A DNA stretch of 49,313 nt from contig JBKJLC010000268.1 in the NCBI GenBank assembly GCA_046597055.1, positions 1-49,313 on the forward strand. The letters are read 5' to 3'. This DNA is from Kofleriaceae bacterium (GTDB lineage Bacteria; Myxococcota_A; Polyangia; Haliangiales; Haliangiaceae). Both the position numbers and the translations under genes were made by a program. The notes beneath the pieces are model-generated. The model did no database searches. It saw only the letters and a list, made by a program, of their open reading frames with translations, and was not told the DNA's origin. Positions 7,601-17,765 of the stretch are shown here, piece by piece. Positions within the stretch are counted from its first letter, which is position 1, and each line of letters opens with the position of its first letter.

Positions 7601-10600
7601 ATGTCTCGACGTGCGGGTGACGCTGATCGCGAACGCGTGGTCGCCGGCCTGGCGTCGCGGGCGGTGCGTTGGTTCTCGGCGACGCCGATCCACAAGGCCC
7701 AGGCCTACGTGCGCGACCGGCGGGTCAAGATCACCGCCCTCGCCGCCCGGACCGCGATCGGACGGGTCCGCGAGCTGTACGCGGGCACCCAGACGGTGAA
7801 CATCGCCGCGCCGACCCATCGGACCGGGCTGCTGCGGGTCGGATGCTCGTGCCCCGACGGTGGCCGGGGCGAGGCCTGCCAGCACGTGTACGCCACGCTG
7901 CTCGCGCTCGATGCCCGTCAGGTCGATCTCGGCATCGGCGTGAGCGTGGCCGCGCTGGAGGTGGGCGAGCTGTGGCTCGAAGCCGGCGAAGACGCCGAGT
8001 GGGACGACGAGGACCACGACGACGAGGACAACGACGAGCTGCCGGTGCCGGCGGCTCCGGCCGCGGCCAGGCGCGCGGTGCCCGCGCTGGCCTCGGCGCC
8101 GGGGGCGGGTCGGGCGGCGCGGGGCCCGGCCTGGTCGGCGCGGCTCGAGTGGCTCGACAGCCTGTCGCCGGCGCGGACGCCGGCCCGGCCGTTCGCGATC
8201 GAATATCACCTCACGGCCGAGGACCCGCTCGATCCGGGCGGGACGCCGCGGGTGCTGCCGGCGCACGTCGAGGTGGTGACCCACCAGCGCGCCCAGCGGC
8301 AGAACGGCGCGCTGGGGCCGCGCACGCCGCTGCGGCTGTGGCTCGACGGCGACGACGTCGCGCCCGGACCCGGCGACGCGGAGGCGCTGGCCGCGCTGCG
8401 GCTCGGCGCGCCGCTGGCCGACGAGGCCGGGGCCGCGCCGTGGGTCGAGGCCGCGCGCAGCGCGCGCGGCACCCTCCGGTACCGGGGCGCGCGGATCCAT
8501 GCCGGCATCCTCGACCGGGTCATGCCGGTGCTGGCCGCGACCGACCGGCTGGGCTGGGTGCCCGCGCACGACGAGCCGGTCGAGTGCGCGCCCGAGTGGT
8601 TCCCGCTGCGCTGGGATGGCGACACCACCTTCGCGCTGGTGGTCTCGATCCGGGTGGCCGGCCGCGGGCTCGCCATCGACGCGGCGCTGGTGCGCGGCGA
8701 CGAGCGGCTGTCGCTGGCCGGCGTGACCGTCTTCTTCGGGGGCGGCTGCCTGGCGATCGACGACCGGCTGATCCGGGTCGAGGCCGGGGCGTCGCTGGCG
8801 CAGTGGTGGGCGATCGCCGGCCGCGAGCCGCTGACGGTGCCGCGCAGTCAGCTCACCAAGTTCGTGGAGCGCCTCGCCGGGCTCCCCGAGCTGCCGCGCC
8901 TCGAGCTGGAGCCGGCGGTGGGCTGGTCGGTCGAGGCGGTCGCGCCGACCCCGCACCTCGAGCTCGAGGAGCTGGCCGATCGCACCGGCTTCATCGCCAC
9001 CGTGGTGTTCCGGTATCGCGACGTGCGCGCGGTCACCGGGGCCGCGCGCGGCTTCGCGCTCGACCCGGTCAACCAGCGCCTGCACCCGATCGACCGCGCC
9101 GCCGAGGTGGCGCACCGGGCCGCCCTGCGCGGGCTCGGCGAGGTGCGCGGCACCGGGGACCTCGTCATCAACACCGACCAGCTGGCCGGCACGGTCGACA
9201 CGCTCGAGACCGCCGGCTGGCAGGTTTGGCTGCGCGCGAAGCGGGTCCGCAGCGGCGGCACGCTCAAGACCTCGGTGGTCTCGGGCATCGACTGGTTCGA
9301 GATCGCGCTGGTCGGCTCGATCGCCGACGTGCCGGTCGACGCGCTGGCGCTGATCGACGCACTGCGCGACGGCCAGCAGCTGGTGCGGCTGCGCGACGGC
9401 AGCCACGGCATCCTGCCCGCGGCCTGGCGCCAGCACGTCGACCTGGCCGAGCTCGGCTCGGTCGAGGATGGCCTGGTCAAGGTGCCGCGCAACCGGGCGC
9501 TGCGGCTCGACATGATGCTCGACGCGCTGCCCGAGGTCGATCGCGACGCGCGCTTCTGCAAGCTGCGCGACCGCCTGCACGACTTCGCGGGCGTGGTGCC
9601 GCACCCCGAGCCGGCCGGCTTCGTCGGCGAGCTGCGCGGGTACCAGCGCGAGGGCCTGGGCTGGCTGGCGTTCCTGCGCGAGCTCGGCTTCGGCGGCTGT
9701 CTCGCCGACGACATGGGCCTCGGCAAGACCGTGCAGGTGCTGGCGGCGATCGTCGAGTCGCAGCAGCAGCAGGGCGGCGCGCGCCGGCCGGCGCTGGTGG
9801 TCGCGCCGCGCAGCGTGGTGTGGAACTGGGTCGACGAGGCCGCGAAGTTCGCGCCCGGGCTGCGCGTGCTCGACTACAGCGGCCCCCTGCGCGGCCTGCG
9901 CGCGGCCGAGCTGGCCGACGCCGATCTGATCGTGACCAGCTACGCGACCATGCGGCTCGATCTCGACGCCCTGTCGCAGCGGACGTTCGGGTACGTCATC
10001 CTCGACGAGGCCCAGTCGATCAAGAACCCGGACTCGCAGCTCGCGCGGGCGGCGCGGGTGCTGCGCGGCGAGCACCGGCTGGCCCTCACCGGCACGCCGG
10101 TCGAGAACCACCTCGGCGATCTCGGCTCGATCTTCGAGTTCCTCAACCCCGGCATGCTCGGCGACGTCGACGCGCTGCGCCGGCTCAACGGGCGGGCCGC
10201 GGCGGCCCCCGGCGAGCTGGCGCCGCTGGCCCGCGCGCTGCGGCCGTTCATGCTGCGCCGGACCAAGGCCCAGGTCCTGCCCGAGCTGCCCGCGCGCTCC
10301 GAGCAGGTGCTGATGTGCCGGCTCGAGGGTCCGCAGCGGAAGTTCTACGACCAGCTGCGCGAGGGCTACCGCGCCTCGCTGCTGGCGAAGGTCGAGACCG
10401 ACGGCATGGCGCGGTCCGCGATGCACGTGCTCGAGGCGCTGTTGCGGCTGCGCCAGGCCGCGTGCGCCCCCGAGCTGGTGACCCCGGCGCGCGCCAAGGA
10501 TGGCAGCGCCAAGCTCGACCTCCTGCTCGAGCAGCTGGCCGAGGTGTGCGCCGAGGGCCACAAGGCGCTGGTGTTCTCGCAGTTCACGTCGTTCCTCACG

Positions 10601-11014
10601 CTGGTGCGGGCCCGCCTCGACGAGGCCGGCATCGTCCACGAGTACCTCGACGGCCAGACCCGCGATCGCAAGGCGCGGGTCGAGCGGTTCCAGTCCGACC
10701 CGGCCTGCCAGGTCTTCGTGATCAGCCTCAAGGCCGGCGGCACCGGCCTCAACCTGACCGCGGCCAGCTACGTGTACCTGCTCGACCCGTGGTGGAACCC
10801 GGCGGTCGAGGCGCAGGCGATCGACCGGACCCACCGCCTCGGTCAGGCCCGCGCGGTGACCGCGTACCGCGTGATCGCGGAGGACACCGTCGAGGACAAG
10901 ATCCTCGAGCTGCAGCGCAGCAAGCGCGCGCTGCTCGATGGCCTGTTCGCCGAGGATGCGGGCCAGCTGGCGTCGCTGACCGCGGCCGATCTCGCCGTGC
11001 TGCTCGGGCCGTAG
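7601..11014 (+). CDS. SWIM zinc finger-SNF2/SWI2 helicase-like ATPase
   Basis: SWIM CSCPDGGRGEACQH; LADDMGLGKT, ILDEAQ, LTGTPVEN, QAIDRTHRLGQ. Confidence 0.95.
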   Translation: MSRRAGDADRERVVAGLASRAVRWFSATPIHKAQAYVRDRRVKITALAARTAIGRVRELYAGTQTVNIAAPTHRTGLLRVGCSCPDGGRGEACQHVYATLLALDARQVDLGIGVSVAALEVGELWLEAGEDAEWDDEDHDDEDNDELPVPAAPAAARRAVPALASAPGAGRAARGPAWSARLEWLDSLSPARTPARPFAIEYHLTAEDPLDPGGTPRVLPAHVEVVTHQRAQRQNGALGPRTPLRLWLDGDDVAPGPGDAEALAALRLGAPLADEAGAAPWVEAARSARGTLRYRGARIHAGILDRVMPVLAATDRLGWVPAHDEPVECAPEWFPLRWDGDTTFALVVSIRVAGRGLAIDAALVRGDERLSLAGVTVFFGGGCLAIDDRLIRVEAGASLAQWWAIAGREPLTVPRSQLTKFVERLAGLPELPRLELEPAVGWSVEAVAPTPHLELEELADRTGFIATVVFRYRDVRAVTGAARGFALDPVNQRLHPIDRAAEVAHRAALRGLGEVRGTGDLVINTDQLAGTVDTLETAGWQVWLRAKRVRSGGTLKTSVVSGIDWFEIALVGSIADVPVDALALIDALRDGQQLVRLRDGSHGILPAAWRQHVDLAELGSVEDGLVKVPRNRALRLDMMLDALPEVDRDARFCKLRDRLHDFAGVVPHPEPAGFVGELRGYQREGLGWLAFLRELGFGGCLADDMGLGKTVQVLAAIVESQQQQGGARRPALVVAPRSVVWNWVDEAAKFAPGLRVLDYSGPLRGLRAAELADADLIVTSYATMRLDLDALSQRTFGYVILDEAQSIKNPDSQLARAARVLRGEHRLALTGTPVENHLGDLGSIFEFLNPGMLGDVDALRRLNGRAAAAPGELAPLARALRPFMLRRTKAQVLPELPARSEQVLMCRLEGPQRKFYDQLREGYRASLLAKVETDGMARSAMHVLEALLRLRQAACAPELVTPARAKDGSAKLDLLLEQLAEVCAEGHKALVFSQFTSFLTLVRARLDEAGIVHEYLDGQTRDRKARVERFQSDPACQVFVISLKAGGTGLNLTAASYVYLLDPWWNPAVEAQAIDRTHRLGQARAVTAYRVIAEDTVEDKILELQRSKRALLDGLFAEDAGQLASLTAADLAVLLGP

Positions 11015-11035
11015 CCGAGCGACCGGCCCGCTGAG

Positions 11036-12550
11036 CTACCGCGCGGCCGGGCCGCTCGCGCCGCTCGCCTCGCGACCGACCAGGTCGGGGATGCACGAGG
11101 CGATGTCGAAGATCATGAACAGGAGCACCTTCTCCTGCGGGGTGAGCGACGTGACCGGCGTGGTGCATCCCCCCGACGGGAAGGAGAGGGACGAGCTCGA
11201 TCGGTCGGCGGCGACGTGGATGTCCGAGAACACCACGCGACCGCAGCGCTGGTCGGCGGGCTGCTCGAGTGGGGTCGTGAACGACAGGTACTGCACCGAC
11301 GGGACGTTGTTGTCGTTGGTGGGCACGTGGATCCAGCGCTGGGCGAGCATCGGCGCGACCATGCTGACCGTGTGCTTGGCGGCGGTCAGCGGGATCTTGC
11401 CGAGCACGGTCGACGCCTGGACGTTCAGCAGCCACTGCGCCAGCTCGGCGCCCCGCACCGACGCCTGATCGACATCGGCGGTGACGCTGCCGAGGTCTCT
11501 GAGGTTTTCGACCCGCGTGATCGCGGACGGCCACGGCTGCGGGCTGCTGTCGAGCCAGATGTTGTGCCAGTGTGAAGCGAACACGCGGCCACCGGCATCG
11601 GCGTAGGCCTTCATCGCCGCGAGCGCCGCGTCCGGCTTGGTCTCGGGCCGCGGCGAGCCCTCGCACGACAGGAACACGACGTCGTATTGCGACAGGCTCG
11701 GCAGGTCGTCCCACAGCGTGGTCGCGTTGGGGAAGTCCGCGCCGCCATTGCCGTTGTCGAACCGATCGGTGCCGTTGCCGGTGAACAGATGGATGCGGCC
11801 GGTGCCCGACGGCGTGGTGATCTCGGCGTCGTCGACGCCGACCTTGCGCAGCAGGCACTCGAGCGCGTCGAAGCTGCCGGTGGTCACCGCCATGCGCGGG
11901 ATGTTGCCCTCGGTCTTGTTGCGGGGCAGCCGGGTCTCGGCGGCCGTCATCGGCGTGTCGATACACTCGGCCACGAACGGGATCCGCACCTGCCGTCGCC
12001 AGCGACCGACCTGGAGCACCAGCGGCACGTCGGCGGTGGCCGGCACGTTCTCGAGCACGAACCGACCGTTGGTGTCGGTGGTGGTCTGGACCAGCGGCGA
12101 CGACAGCACCGTCGAGCACCGGTCGCACGCCAGCTGATCCGCGAACGGCTCGACCGGGCCGTTGGGCACGTACACCGTGATGCCCGACAGGGGCAGCGTG
12201 CCGTTGGGCGCGTACACGGTGCCGCTCACCGAGGTGGTCCCGCCGAGCGTGCACGACACCTGGAAGCACTCGAGCCCGACGCACGGCGTCTCCGCCAGGC
12301 AGCGGCCGTCGGCGGTGCAGGTCTGCCCGTCGGGACAGGTGGCGCTGCCCGGCGCGCAATCCTGGCCGCAGCGACCGTCGCTCTGGCAGTAGAACCCGGC
12401 CGCGCAGGTGCTGGCGGCGCCGGGCCGCGGATCGCACGTCATCCCGCACGCGGCCGGCGGCTCATCGCCGTCGCAGGTGCCAGTGCCGGTCGGGCTGGGC
12501 CCACACGCAGCGATGAAGCCGAGCACGATCACGACGATGAGCTTGCGCAT
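11036..12550 (-). CDS. Cys-rich lipoprotein with carboxypeptidase-regulatory-like beta domain
   Basis: Signal MRKLIVVIVLGFIAA-C; Cys-rich repeats; SVSGTVYAPNG...TDTNGRFVL. Start corrected from 12685. Confidence 0.8.
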   Translation of the reverse strand: MRKLIVVIVLGFIAACGPSPTGTGTCDGDEPPAACGMTCDPRPGAASTCAAGFYCQSDGRCGQDCAPGSATCPDGQTCTADGRCLAETPCVGLECFQVSCTLGGTTSVSGTVYAPNGTLPLSGITVYVPNGPVEPFADQLACDRCSTVLSSPLVQTTTDTNGRFVLENVPATADVPLVLQVGRWRRQVRIPFVAECIDTPMTAAETRLPRNKTEGNIPRMAVTTGSFDALECLLRKVGVDDAEITTPSGTGRIHLFTGNGTDRFDNGNGGADFPNATTLWDDLPSLSQYDVVFLSCEGSPRPETKPDAALAAMKAYADAGGRVFASHWHNIWLDSSPQPWPSAITRVENLRDLGSVTADVDQASVRGAELAQWLLNVQASTVLGKIPLTAAKHTVSMVAPMLAQRWIHVPTNDNNVPSVQYLSFTTPLEQPADQRCGRVVFSDIHVAADRSSSSLSFPSGGCTTPVTSLTPQEKVLLFMIFDIASCIPDLVGREASGASGPAAR

Positions 12551-12704
12551 GGGGGTCCCTTCGGTTCCGAGGGCGCGATGGTACAGGCGCGTCCAGCACG
12601 ACGCGATCACCTTGCATGGCGATGCCGAGCACAAGGCGGCATGTCGCCCGAAAACACCGAGGGCGCGGACCCGCCGCGCCCTCATGGACGAACCCTGGTT
12701 GCGA

Positions 12705-14690
12705 TCAGCCGATCGGCGGATCGAGCGCGACCGGCGGGATGAGGAAGAACACGTCGCGGGTGTCGAGCGTGGTCACGCCGTCGCCGGTGACGCGCACGGT
12801 GGCGCGGAACAGCTGCGGGCGATCGGTGGCCGGGACCGTGACGTTGGTGCGGGGGACCAGCTTCCAGCACACCGGGGTGCCCGCGCGGACGTCGGTGTAC
12901 TCGTCGTCGAAGGTGTCGGCGTTGGTGTCGCGATCGACCAGGCCGCCGGTGCAGGCCGCGGTGCCGAGCTGCAGGGTCTCGAGGTGGTCGACGAACGCGG
13001 CCACCGCGTCGACCGCGTCGGCCGGGTCGTCCTCGGAGCGCGCGCCCATGTCGAGCGGCACGCCGTTGGCGAGGGTGCGGATGCCGTTCTCGATCGCGGT
13101 GGCGGCGTTGGCGTCCGCGCCGTTGAAGACCAGCGGCGCGTTGCCGTTGCCGGCATCCACCGCGCCGGTGTCGCGCGCCATCGTGCCGAGGTCGCTGATC
13201 ACGGTCGCGCTCGAGCCCGAGCCATAGATGCCCATCAGCTTGGCGCTGTGGGTCGCCAGCGCGGCGCGGGTGGTGGCCCAGCTCGGGCACACGTAGGTGT
13301 CGCCACTGGCGAGCGGCACCTCGTCGGTCACCAGCGCGATCACGCTGAGCGCGTTGTTGCGGAAGCACGGATAGCCGTAGGTGCCAGCCGGGCAGTTGGT
13401 GCGCGGCGCGACCGTCGCGCCGAACGTGCAGCCGGCGGCGGCCGCGGTGCCGCTGCCAGTGGTCGACGCCCACACGCCGAAGGTCAGCGGCTCGCGGGTG
13501 TCGGACCCGCTGACGTTCGAGATGGTCTGGCCGGCAAAGTTCGGGTCGACCTGGATGTCGAGGTAGTTGCGGAACGGCTCGGAGCCCACGTAGCCGACCG
13601 CGCCGAGGCCGGCGTAGAGGTTCGGGATGCAGGTCGCCGGCGCGCCGGTGCCGAACGGCGGGCACTGCAGGCGGTCGATCACGCCGCCGAGGTTGTTCTT
13701 GATCGTGCTGGTCTCGCCCGACATCGAGCCCGAGCGGTCGACGACGACGTAGACGTCGAGGTCGCTGATGCGGGTGGTGAAGTCGAGGTCGTCGTCCATC
13801 GGCGATGGCGGCGCCTGGTACGGCACCACGAACACGAAGTCGCCGTTGGCCTGCGGGTTGTCCGTCGAGCTGTTGGGGTCGGTGCCGGCCGCCTGCTCGA
13901 TGAGGTCGGACACGCCGTCGCCGTCGGTGTCGCCGTTGCCGGGATCGGTCTCGCTGCCGTCGCGCACGCCGTTGCAGTTGGTGTCCTCGGTCGTATCGGC
14001 GATGCCGTCGTCGTCGCTGTCGCGATCGATGAAGTCGGGGCGGCCGTCGCTGTCGGTGTCGCGCGGCGGGTTGGCGCCGCCCGACTCGACCATGTCGGAG
14101 CGGCAGTCACCGTCCGAGTCGGTGTCGCGCCAGTTGCCCGCGGCGTCGTCGTCGTAGTCCTCGAAGCCGTCCTGGCTGTCGAGGATCGTGTCGTTGTCGG
14201 AGTCGGTGTCGCGGAAGTCGGGGGTGCCGTCCTCGTCGGTGTCGATCGGGGCGGCCGGGTCGGCGCCGATCTCGTTCACGTCGGTGATGAAGTCGCCGTC
14301 GTCGTCGAGGTCCGCGAAGTCAGGGGTGCCGTCGGTGTCGACGTCACCGGCGCCGTCGACGCCATCGAGCCGGCCGTTGCCGTCGGAGTCGGTGTCGCGG
14401 AAGTCGGGGGTGCCGTCGGAGTCGCTGTCGACCGGGCGGGTGCCGGGGTCGGTGTCGCCGGCCTCGCGATAGTCCGGGACGCCGTCGCCATCCGAGTCGT
14501 CGTCCTCGGCGTCCGGCGTGCCATCGCCATCGGTGTCGGTCCCGGCAGGCTGGCCCTCGTCGGCGTCGGAGATGCCGTCGCCGTCGACGTCACCCGGGGT
14601 GTCGATATCGTCACCGCCAGTACCTTCGGATCCACCGCAGGCGGCGGCGGCCGCCGCGAGAACAGCGACCAGGGTCAGGCGTAACTTCAT
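12705..14690 (-). CDS. Lipoprotein with Ca-binding DxDxDG (TSP3-like) repeats and vWA domain; CglD-like architecture
   Basis: GGGGAG RBS; MKLRLTLVAVLAAAAAA-C; more than ten DxDxDG-like repeats; MIDAS VVDRSGSM; later LVTDE. Confidence 0.85.
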   Translation of the reverse strand: MKLRLTLVAVLAAAAAACGGSEGTGGDDIDTPGDVDGDGISDADEGQPAGTDTDGDGTPDAEDDDSDGDGVPDYREAGDTDPGTRPVDSDSDGTPDFRDTDSDGNGRLDGVDGAGDVDTDGTPDFADLDDDGDFITDVNEIGADPAAPIDTDEDGTPDFRDTDSDNDTILDSQDGFEDYDDDAAGNWRDTDSDGDCRSDMVESGGANPPRDTDSDGRPDFIDRDSDDDGIADTTEDTNCNGVRDGSETDPGNGDTDGDGVSDLIEQAAGTDPNSSTDNPQANGDFVFVVPYQAPPSPMDDDLDFTTRISDLDVYVVVDRSGSMSGETSTIKNNLGGVIDRLQCPPFGTGAPATCIPNLYAGLGAVGYVGSEPFRNYLDIQVDPNFAGQTISNVSGSDTREPLTFGVWASTTGSGTAAAAGCTFGATVAPRTNCPAGTYGYPCFRNNALSVIALVTDEVPLASGDTYVCPSWATTRAALATHSAKLMGIYGSGSSATVISDLGTMARDTGAVDAGNGNAPLVFNGADANAATAIENGIRTLANGVPLDMGARSEDDPADAVDAVAAFVDHLETLQLGTAACTGGLVDRDTNADTFDDEYTDVRAGTPVCWKLVPRTNVTVPATDRPQLFRATVRVTGDGVTTLDTRDVFFLIPPVALDPPIG

Positions 14691-14730
14691 GACTCCCCCA
14701 GAATAGGTGACTGCAAGGAATCTGATCGTA

Positions 14731-14746
14731 ACCAACTTTCATGCCA
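14731..14746 (-). promoter_or_regulatory. Possible variant sigma54 promoter for the CglD-like gene
   Basis: TGGCATG-AAAG-TTGG: good -24 element and spacing, but GG instead of GC at -12. Confidence 0.3.
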
Positions 14747-14906
14747 TCGAACACGACGATCGTCAGGCCCGCATTGTCGACGGTCTAGCCATGTAGGTCC
14801 GTCTCGGTGGGGCATGGAGTCCCGAGCCAGCCTGTCACGGCACGGCCAACGATCGGGGTGACGACCCTCACCCTCCCGGCTTCACGCCCGGCAGGGCCGG
14901 CCGGCG

Positions 14907-16115
14907 TCAGGTCGGGTTCACGCCGAAGATGCTGCGCGCGATGATGCGGCGCTGGATCTGACCGGTGCCCTCGAAGATGTCGTAGATCTTCGCGTCGCGG
15001 TACCACTTCTCGACGGGGTGGCCGGGCTCGAGCGCCTCCTCGCCGAGCAGGGTGAGCGCGCGCGACGTCACGCTCTGGGCGACCCTGGCCGCGTAGGCCT
15101 TGCCGATCGATGCCATGCGCACGTTGTCCAGGTGGTGGTCGGCCATCCACGCCGACTTGTGGACCAGCGCGCGCGCCGCCTGGATCTCCATCTCCATCTC
15201 GGCGAGCTCGAACGTGACGTGCTGGTGCTGCGCGAGCGGGGTGCCCTGCATCGTGCCGCCCTGCACGCGCTCGACGAGGTAGTCGAACGTGGCGCGCGCG
15301 ATGCCGACCGCCTGGGCGCCGACCATGGGCCGGGTCGAGTCGAGCATCTTCTTGGTGTCGCTCAGGCCGGCGCTCGCCTGGCCGATGCCGAGCATCATGT
15401 CGCCGTGGACCCGGCAGTCCTCGAAGTGGACCTGCGCGGTCTCCGAGGCACGGATGCCGAGCTTGGTCTCCTTGCGGCCCGGGATCAGGCCCGGGGTCCC
15501 GCGCGCGACCACGAAGCCGCGCACGCCGGCGCGGCCGGCGTCGGGATCGGTCTGCGCCCACACCACGTAGACCGCGGCCGACGCGCCGTTGGTGATCCAC
15601 TGCTTGTGGCCGTTCAGCACCCAGTGCGCGCCGTCGGGCCGCGCCACCGTCGACAGCCCCGAGATGTCCGAGCCGGTCGACGGCTCCGACAGCGCCATCG
15701 CGGCCACCTTGATGTGGCCGTGCTCGTCGTCGCCCTTCAGCAGCCGGCGGAACTCGGCCTGCTGCTCGTCGGTGCCCATGCGGGCGACCGGCGACGCGGC
15801 CAGGCCGGAGCCGCCGATCGCCAGGGCGATGCCGGCGCAGCCGTAGGCGAGCTCCTCGGAGCCGACGCAGCCGAGCCGCGCCTGCGACTTGGGCTTCTGG
15901 GCGCCGGTGCCCTCGTCCTCGCCGGTGAGGGCCTTGCGGCCGTCGACGACCGCGGTCTGGGTCATGCCGAAGCCCTGGGCCGTCTTCATCAGCTCCCAGG
16001 GCATCGACTCGTCGGCGTCGTGCCGCGGCGCGACCGGACGGATCTGCTGGCGGGCGAACGCGCCGAGCATCTGGCGCACACCCTGGAGCATCGGTTGGTC
16101 GTGGAAGAGGTCCAT
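14907..16115 (-). CDS. Acyl-CoA dehydrogenase, catalytic-type subunit
   Basis: AAGGAG RBS, MDLFHDQ start; MALSEPSTGSD, LNGHKQWITNG, RDAKIYDIFEGTGQIQR. Confidence 0.93.
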   Translation of the reverse strand: MDLFHDQPMLQGVRQMLGAFARQQIRPVAPRHDADESMPWELMKTAQGFGMTQTAVVDGRKALTGEDEGTGAQKPKSQARLGCVGSEELAYGCAGIALAIGGSGLAASPVARMGTDEQQAEFRRLLKGDDEHGHIKVAAMALSEPSTGSDISGLSTVARPDGAHWVLNGHKQWITNGASAAVYVVWAQTDPDAGRAGVRGFVVARGTPGLIPGRKETKLGIRASETAQVHFEDCRVHGDMMLGIGQASAGLSDTKKMLDSTRPMVGAQAVGIARATFDYLVERVQGGTMQGTPLAQHQHVTFELAEMEMEIQAARALVHKSAWMADHHLDNVRMASIGKAYAARVAQSVTSRALTLLGEEALEPGHPVEKWYRDAKIYDIFEGTGQIQRRIIARSIFGVNPT

Positions 16116-16126
16116 GCCGTTCTCCT

Positions 16127-17248
16127 TCAGGCCGAGAGCTGCGCCGCGTGGTCGGCGAGGATGCGATCGAAGCGTTCGTCGCCGAGGAGCTGCTCGAAGG
16201 CGCGGGCATCGCGCATGAGCTTCTCGACCGGGAAGTCGTTCACGAAGCCGTAGCCGCCGAGGATCTGCACCGCGTCGATGGTGGCGCGGCTGACCACGTC
16301 GCCGGCGAGCACCCGGGCGCGGCTGGCGGCATCGGCCGCCGCGGCCCGCGAGGCGTCGTCCTTGACCCGGTCGGCGAGCCAGCCGGCGTGCTGCGCCATC
16401 AGGCGGACCGCGCCCGCGCCGGTCTCGGCGTCGTCGCGCAGCCGGATCAGCGACTCGAACCGGCCGATCGGCTGTCCGAACTGGATGCGCTCGGCCGCGT
16501 ACTTGCGCGCGTGCTCCATGCCGGCCAGCGCGACGCCGGCGGCGCGCGCGGCCAGGCTCACCTTGTACCAGGTGAGCACCTCGGCGATCGCGTCGGCGGC
16601 GGCGCTGCCGCGGGCCAGGACGAAGTCGGCCGGGACCCGGGTCGCGGCCAGCGTGAGCGTGCCCCACGCGGCGGCGCGCCAGCCCGACGGGGTCAGCGGC
16701 TGGCGGTCGCGGTCGTCGATCTCGACCAGCACGAGGACCGGCTCGCCAGCGGTGGTGCGGGCGGCGAGCAGCACGAAGCCGGCGCGGCCGAGCGCGGGCA
16801 GCGGGCCGATCTTGCCGGTGATGCGGACCCCGCCTTCGTCGGGTTCGATCACCAGGGTGCCGCGGGCGTCGCGGCCGGTGGTCGCCAGCCCGCCCGCCGC
16901 CAGCGCGGTGAACAGGGCCGACCGCGCCGCCGGCGAGCCCCACCGGCCGGTCGCGAGCGCGGGCTCGACGTTGGTCTCGAGCAGCGCGGCGACCGCGGCG
17001 CAGCCCCGCCCGAGCTCGTGCCCGCGCAGGGCACGGCGCAGGTGCGAGTAGGGTCCGTCGAGCAGGCCGCCGTCGGCCTCGGGCACGGCGTCGAGGAAGA
17101 ACCCGAGGTCGCCGGCCACCGCGGCCAGTCGGGCCGGGGCCGCACCGGCGCGGTCCGCGTCTGCAGCCCATGCCCGCACGTCCTTGTCGACGAAGCGGCG
17201 CACGGTCTGGACGATCAGCGCTTGCTCGTCGTCGAGTGCGAAGTCCAT
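16127..17248 (-). CDS. Acyl-CoA dehydrogenase-like protein, degenerate partner subunit
   Basis: RIQFGQPIG and VQILGGYGF retained; no TEPxxGSD or FEGT motif. Confidence 0.88.
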   Translation of the reverse strand: MDFALDDEQALIVQTVRRFVDKDVRAWAADADRAGAAPARLAAVAGDLGFFLDAVPEADGGLLDGPYSHLRRALRGHELGRGCAAVAALLETNVEPALATGRWGSPAARSALFTALAAGGLATTGRDARGTLVIEPDEGGVRITGKIGPLPALGRAGFVLLAARTTAGEPVLVLVEIDDRDRQPLTPSGWRAAAWGTLTLAATRVPADFVLARGSAAADAIAEVLTWYKVSLAARAAGVALAGMEHARKYAAERIQFGQPIGRFESLIRLRDDAETGAGAVRLMAQHAGWLADRVKDDASRAAAADAASRARVLAGDVVSRATIDAVQILGGYGFVNDFPVEKLMRDARAFEQLLGDERFDRILADHAAQLSA

Positions 17249-17458
17249 CCAGCCACCATACGCGCGCCGCTCCGACGGTGAAGGCGGTTTGGCCTTACTC
17301 GCCTTTCTCGGCGATCACGACGACGGCAGCCGCCGGGGCTCGTCGGCCAGCGGCGCGGCCACGACCGCGGGTCCACATGACCCAGGTTTTCGCATGCCGG
17401 CCTGGCACGGTTGGCCGACCGCGACGCTCGGCCGCGGACGGTTTGCGTCATTACCCGC

Positions 17459-17487
17459 TTGCGGGTTGGCGCGCGACCTACTAGCTT
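17459..17487 (+). promoter_or_regulatory. Sigma70-type promoter of the tRNA pair
   Basis: TTGCGG-N17-TAGCTT ending 11 nt before the first tRNA. Confidence 0.55.
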
Positions 17488-17498
17488 CCCGCGCCTCT

Positions 17499-17573
17499 GG
17501 CTGGGTAGCTCAGGGGTAGAGCAGGGGTCTCATAAGCCCTTGGTCGGCAGTTCAAATCTGCCTCCAGCCACCA
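17499..17573 (+). tRNA. tRNA with CAT anticodon (elongator Met most likely; Ile2 not excluded)
   Basis: Acceptor GGCTGGG/TCCAGCC, D arm GCTC/GAGC, loop CTCATAA, T arm GGCAG-TTCAAAT-CTGCC, encoded CCA; G1-C72 paired. Confidence 0.93.
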
Positions 17574-17621
17574 CACGCGCTCGCCCACACGGGGCTCAGC
17601 GCGCTACTCTTTTCGCGATCT

Positions 17622-17692
17622 TCGGGGATCGTCTAATGGTAGGACAGCAGCCTTTGGAGCTGCGTATCAAGGTTCGAATCCTTGTCCCCGAA
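17622..17692 (+). tRNA. tRNA-Gln(TTG)
   Basis: Acceptor TCGGGGA/TCCCCGA, anticodon arm GCAGC-CTTTGGA-GCTGC, T arm CAAGG-TTCGAAT-CCTTG; CCA not encoded. Confidence 0.95.
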
Positions 17693-17765
17693 CCCGGTGC
17701 TTCGTGTTCTGGTTCCGCTAGGATGAGTCCGCCGAGACGATCTCCGGCCTGAATCGCAATCACCT

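Noticed and set aside
7346..10834. Very long alternative ORFs (7346..10834 -, 7669..11034 +, 42787..46407 - and many others)
   Set aside because: Antisense or off-frame shadows of high-GC3 genes; Arg/Gly/Ala-rich with no motifs.
12613..12627. CGGCATCGCCATGCA (minus) as a sigma54 promoter
   Set aside because: Spacing is GG-N9-GC; sigma54 needs N10.
14907..17171. Apparent fusions or long N-termini in the ORF track (14907..17171, 22861..25779, 26639..28654, 32290..34404, 34619..37075, 38982..41996, 44208..46859)
   Set aside because: Extensions run through neighbouring genes in another frame; real starts have an RBS, -10 box or stop/start overlap.
17403..17417. TGGCACGG as a sigma54 promoter for the tRNAs
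   Set aside because: GG-N10 is followed by CG, not GC; a sigma70-type promoter fits better.
17499..17692. Initiator tRNA, or tRNA-targeted genomic island
   Set aside because: G1-C72 is paired, unlike fMet tRNA; no integrase or duplicated tRNA 3' end noticed.
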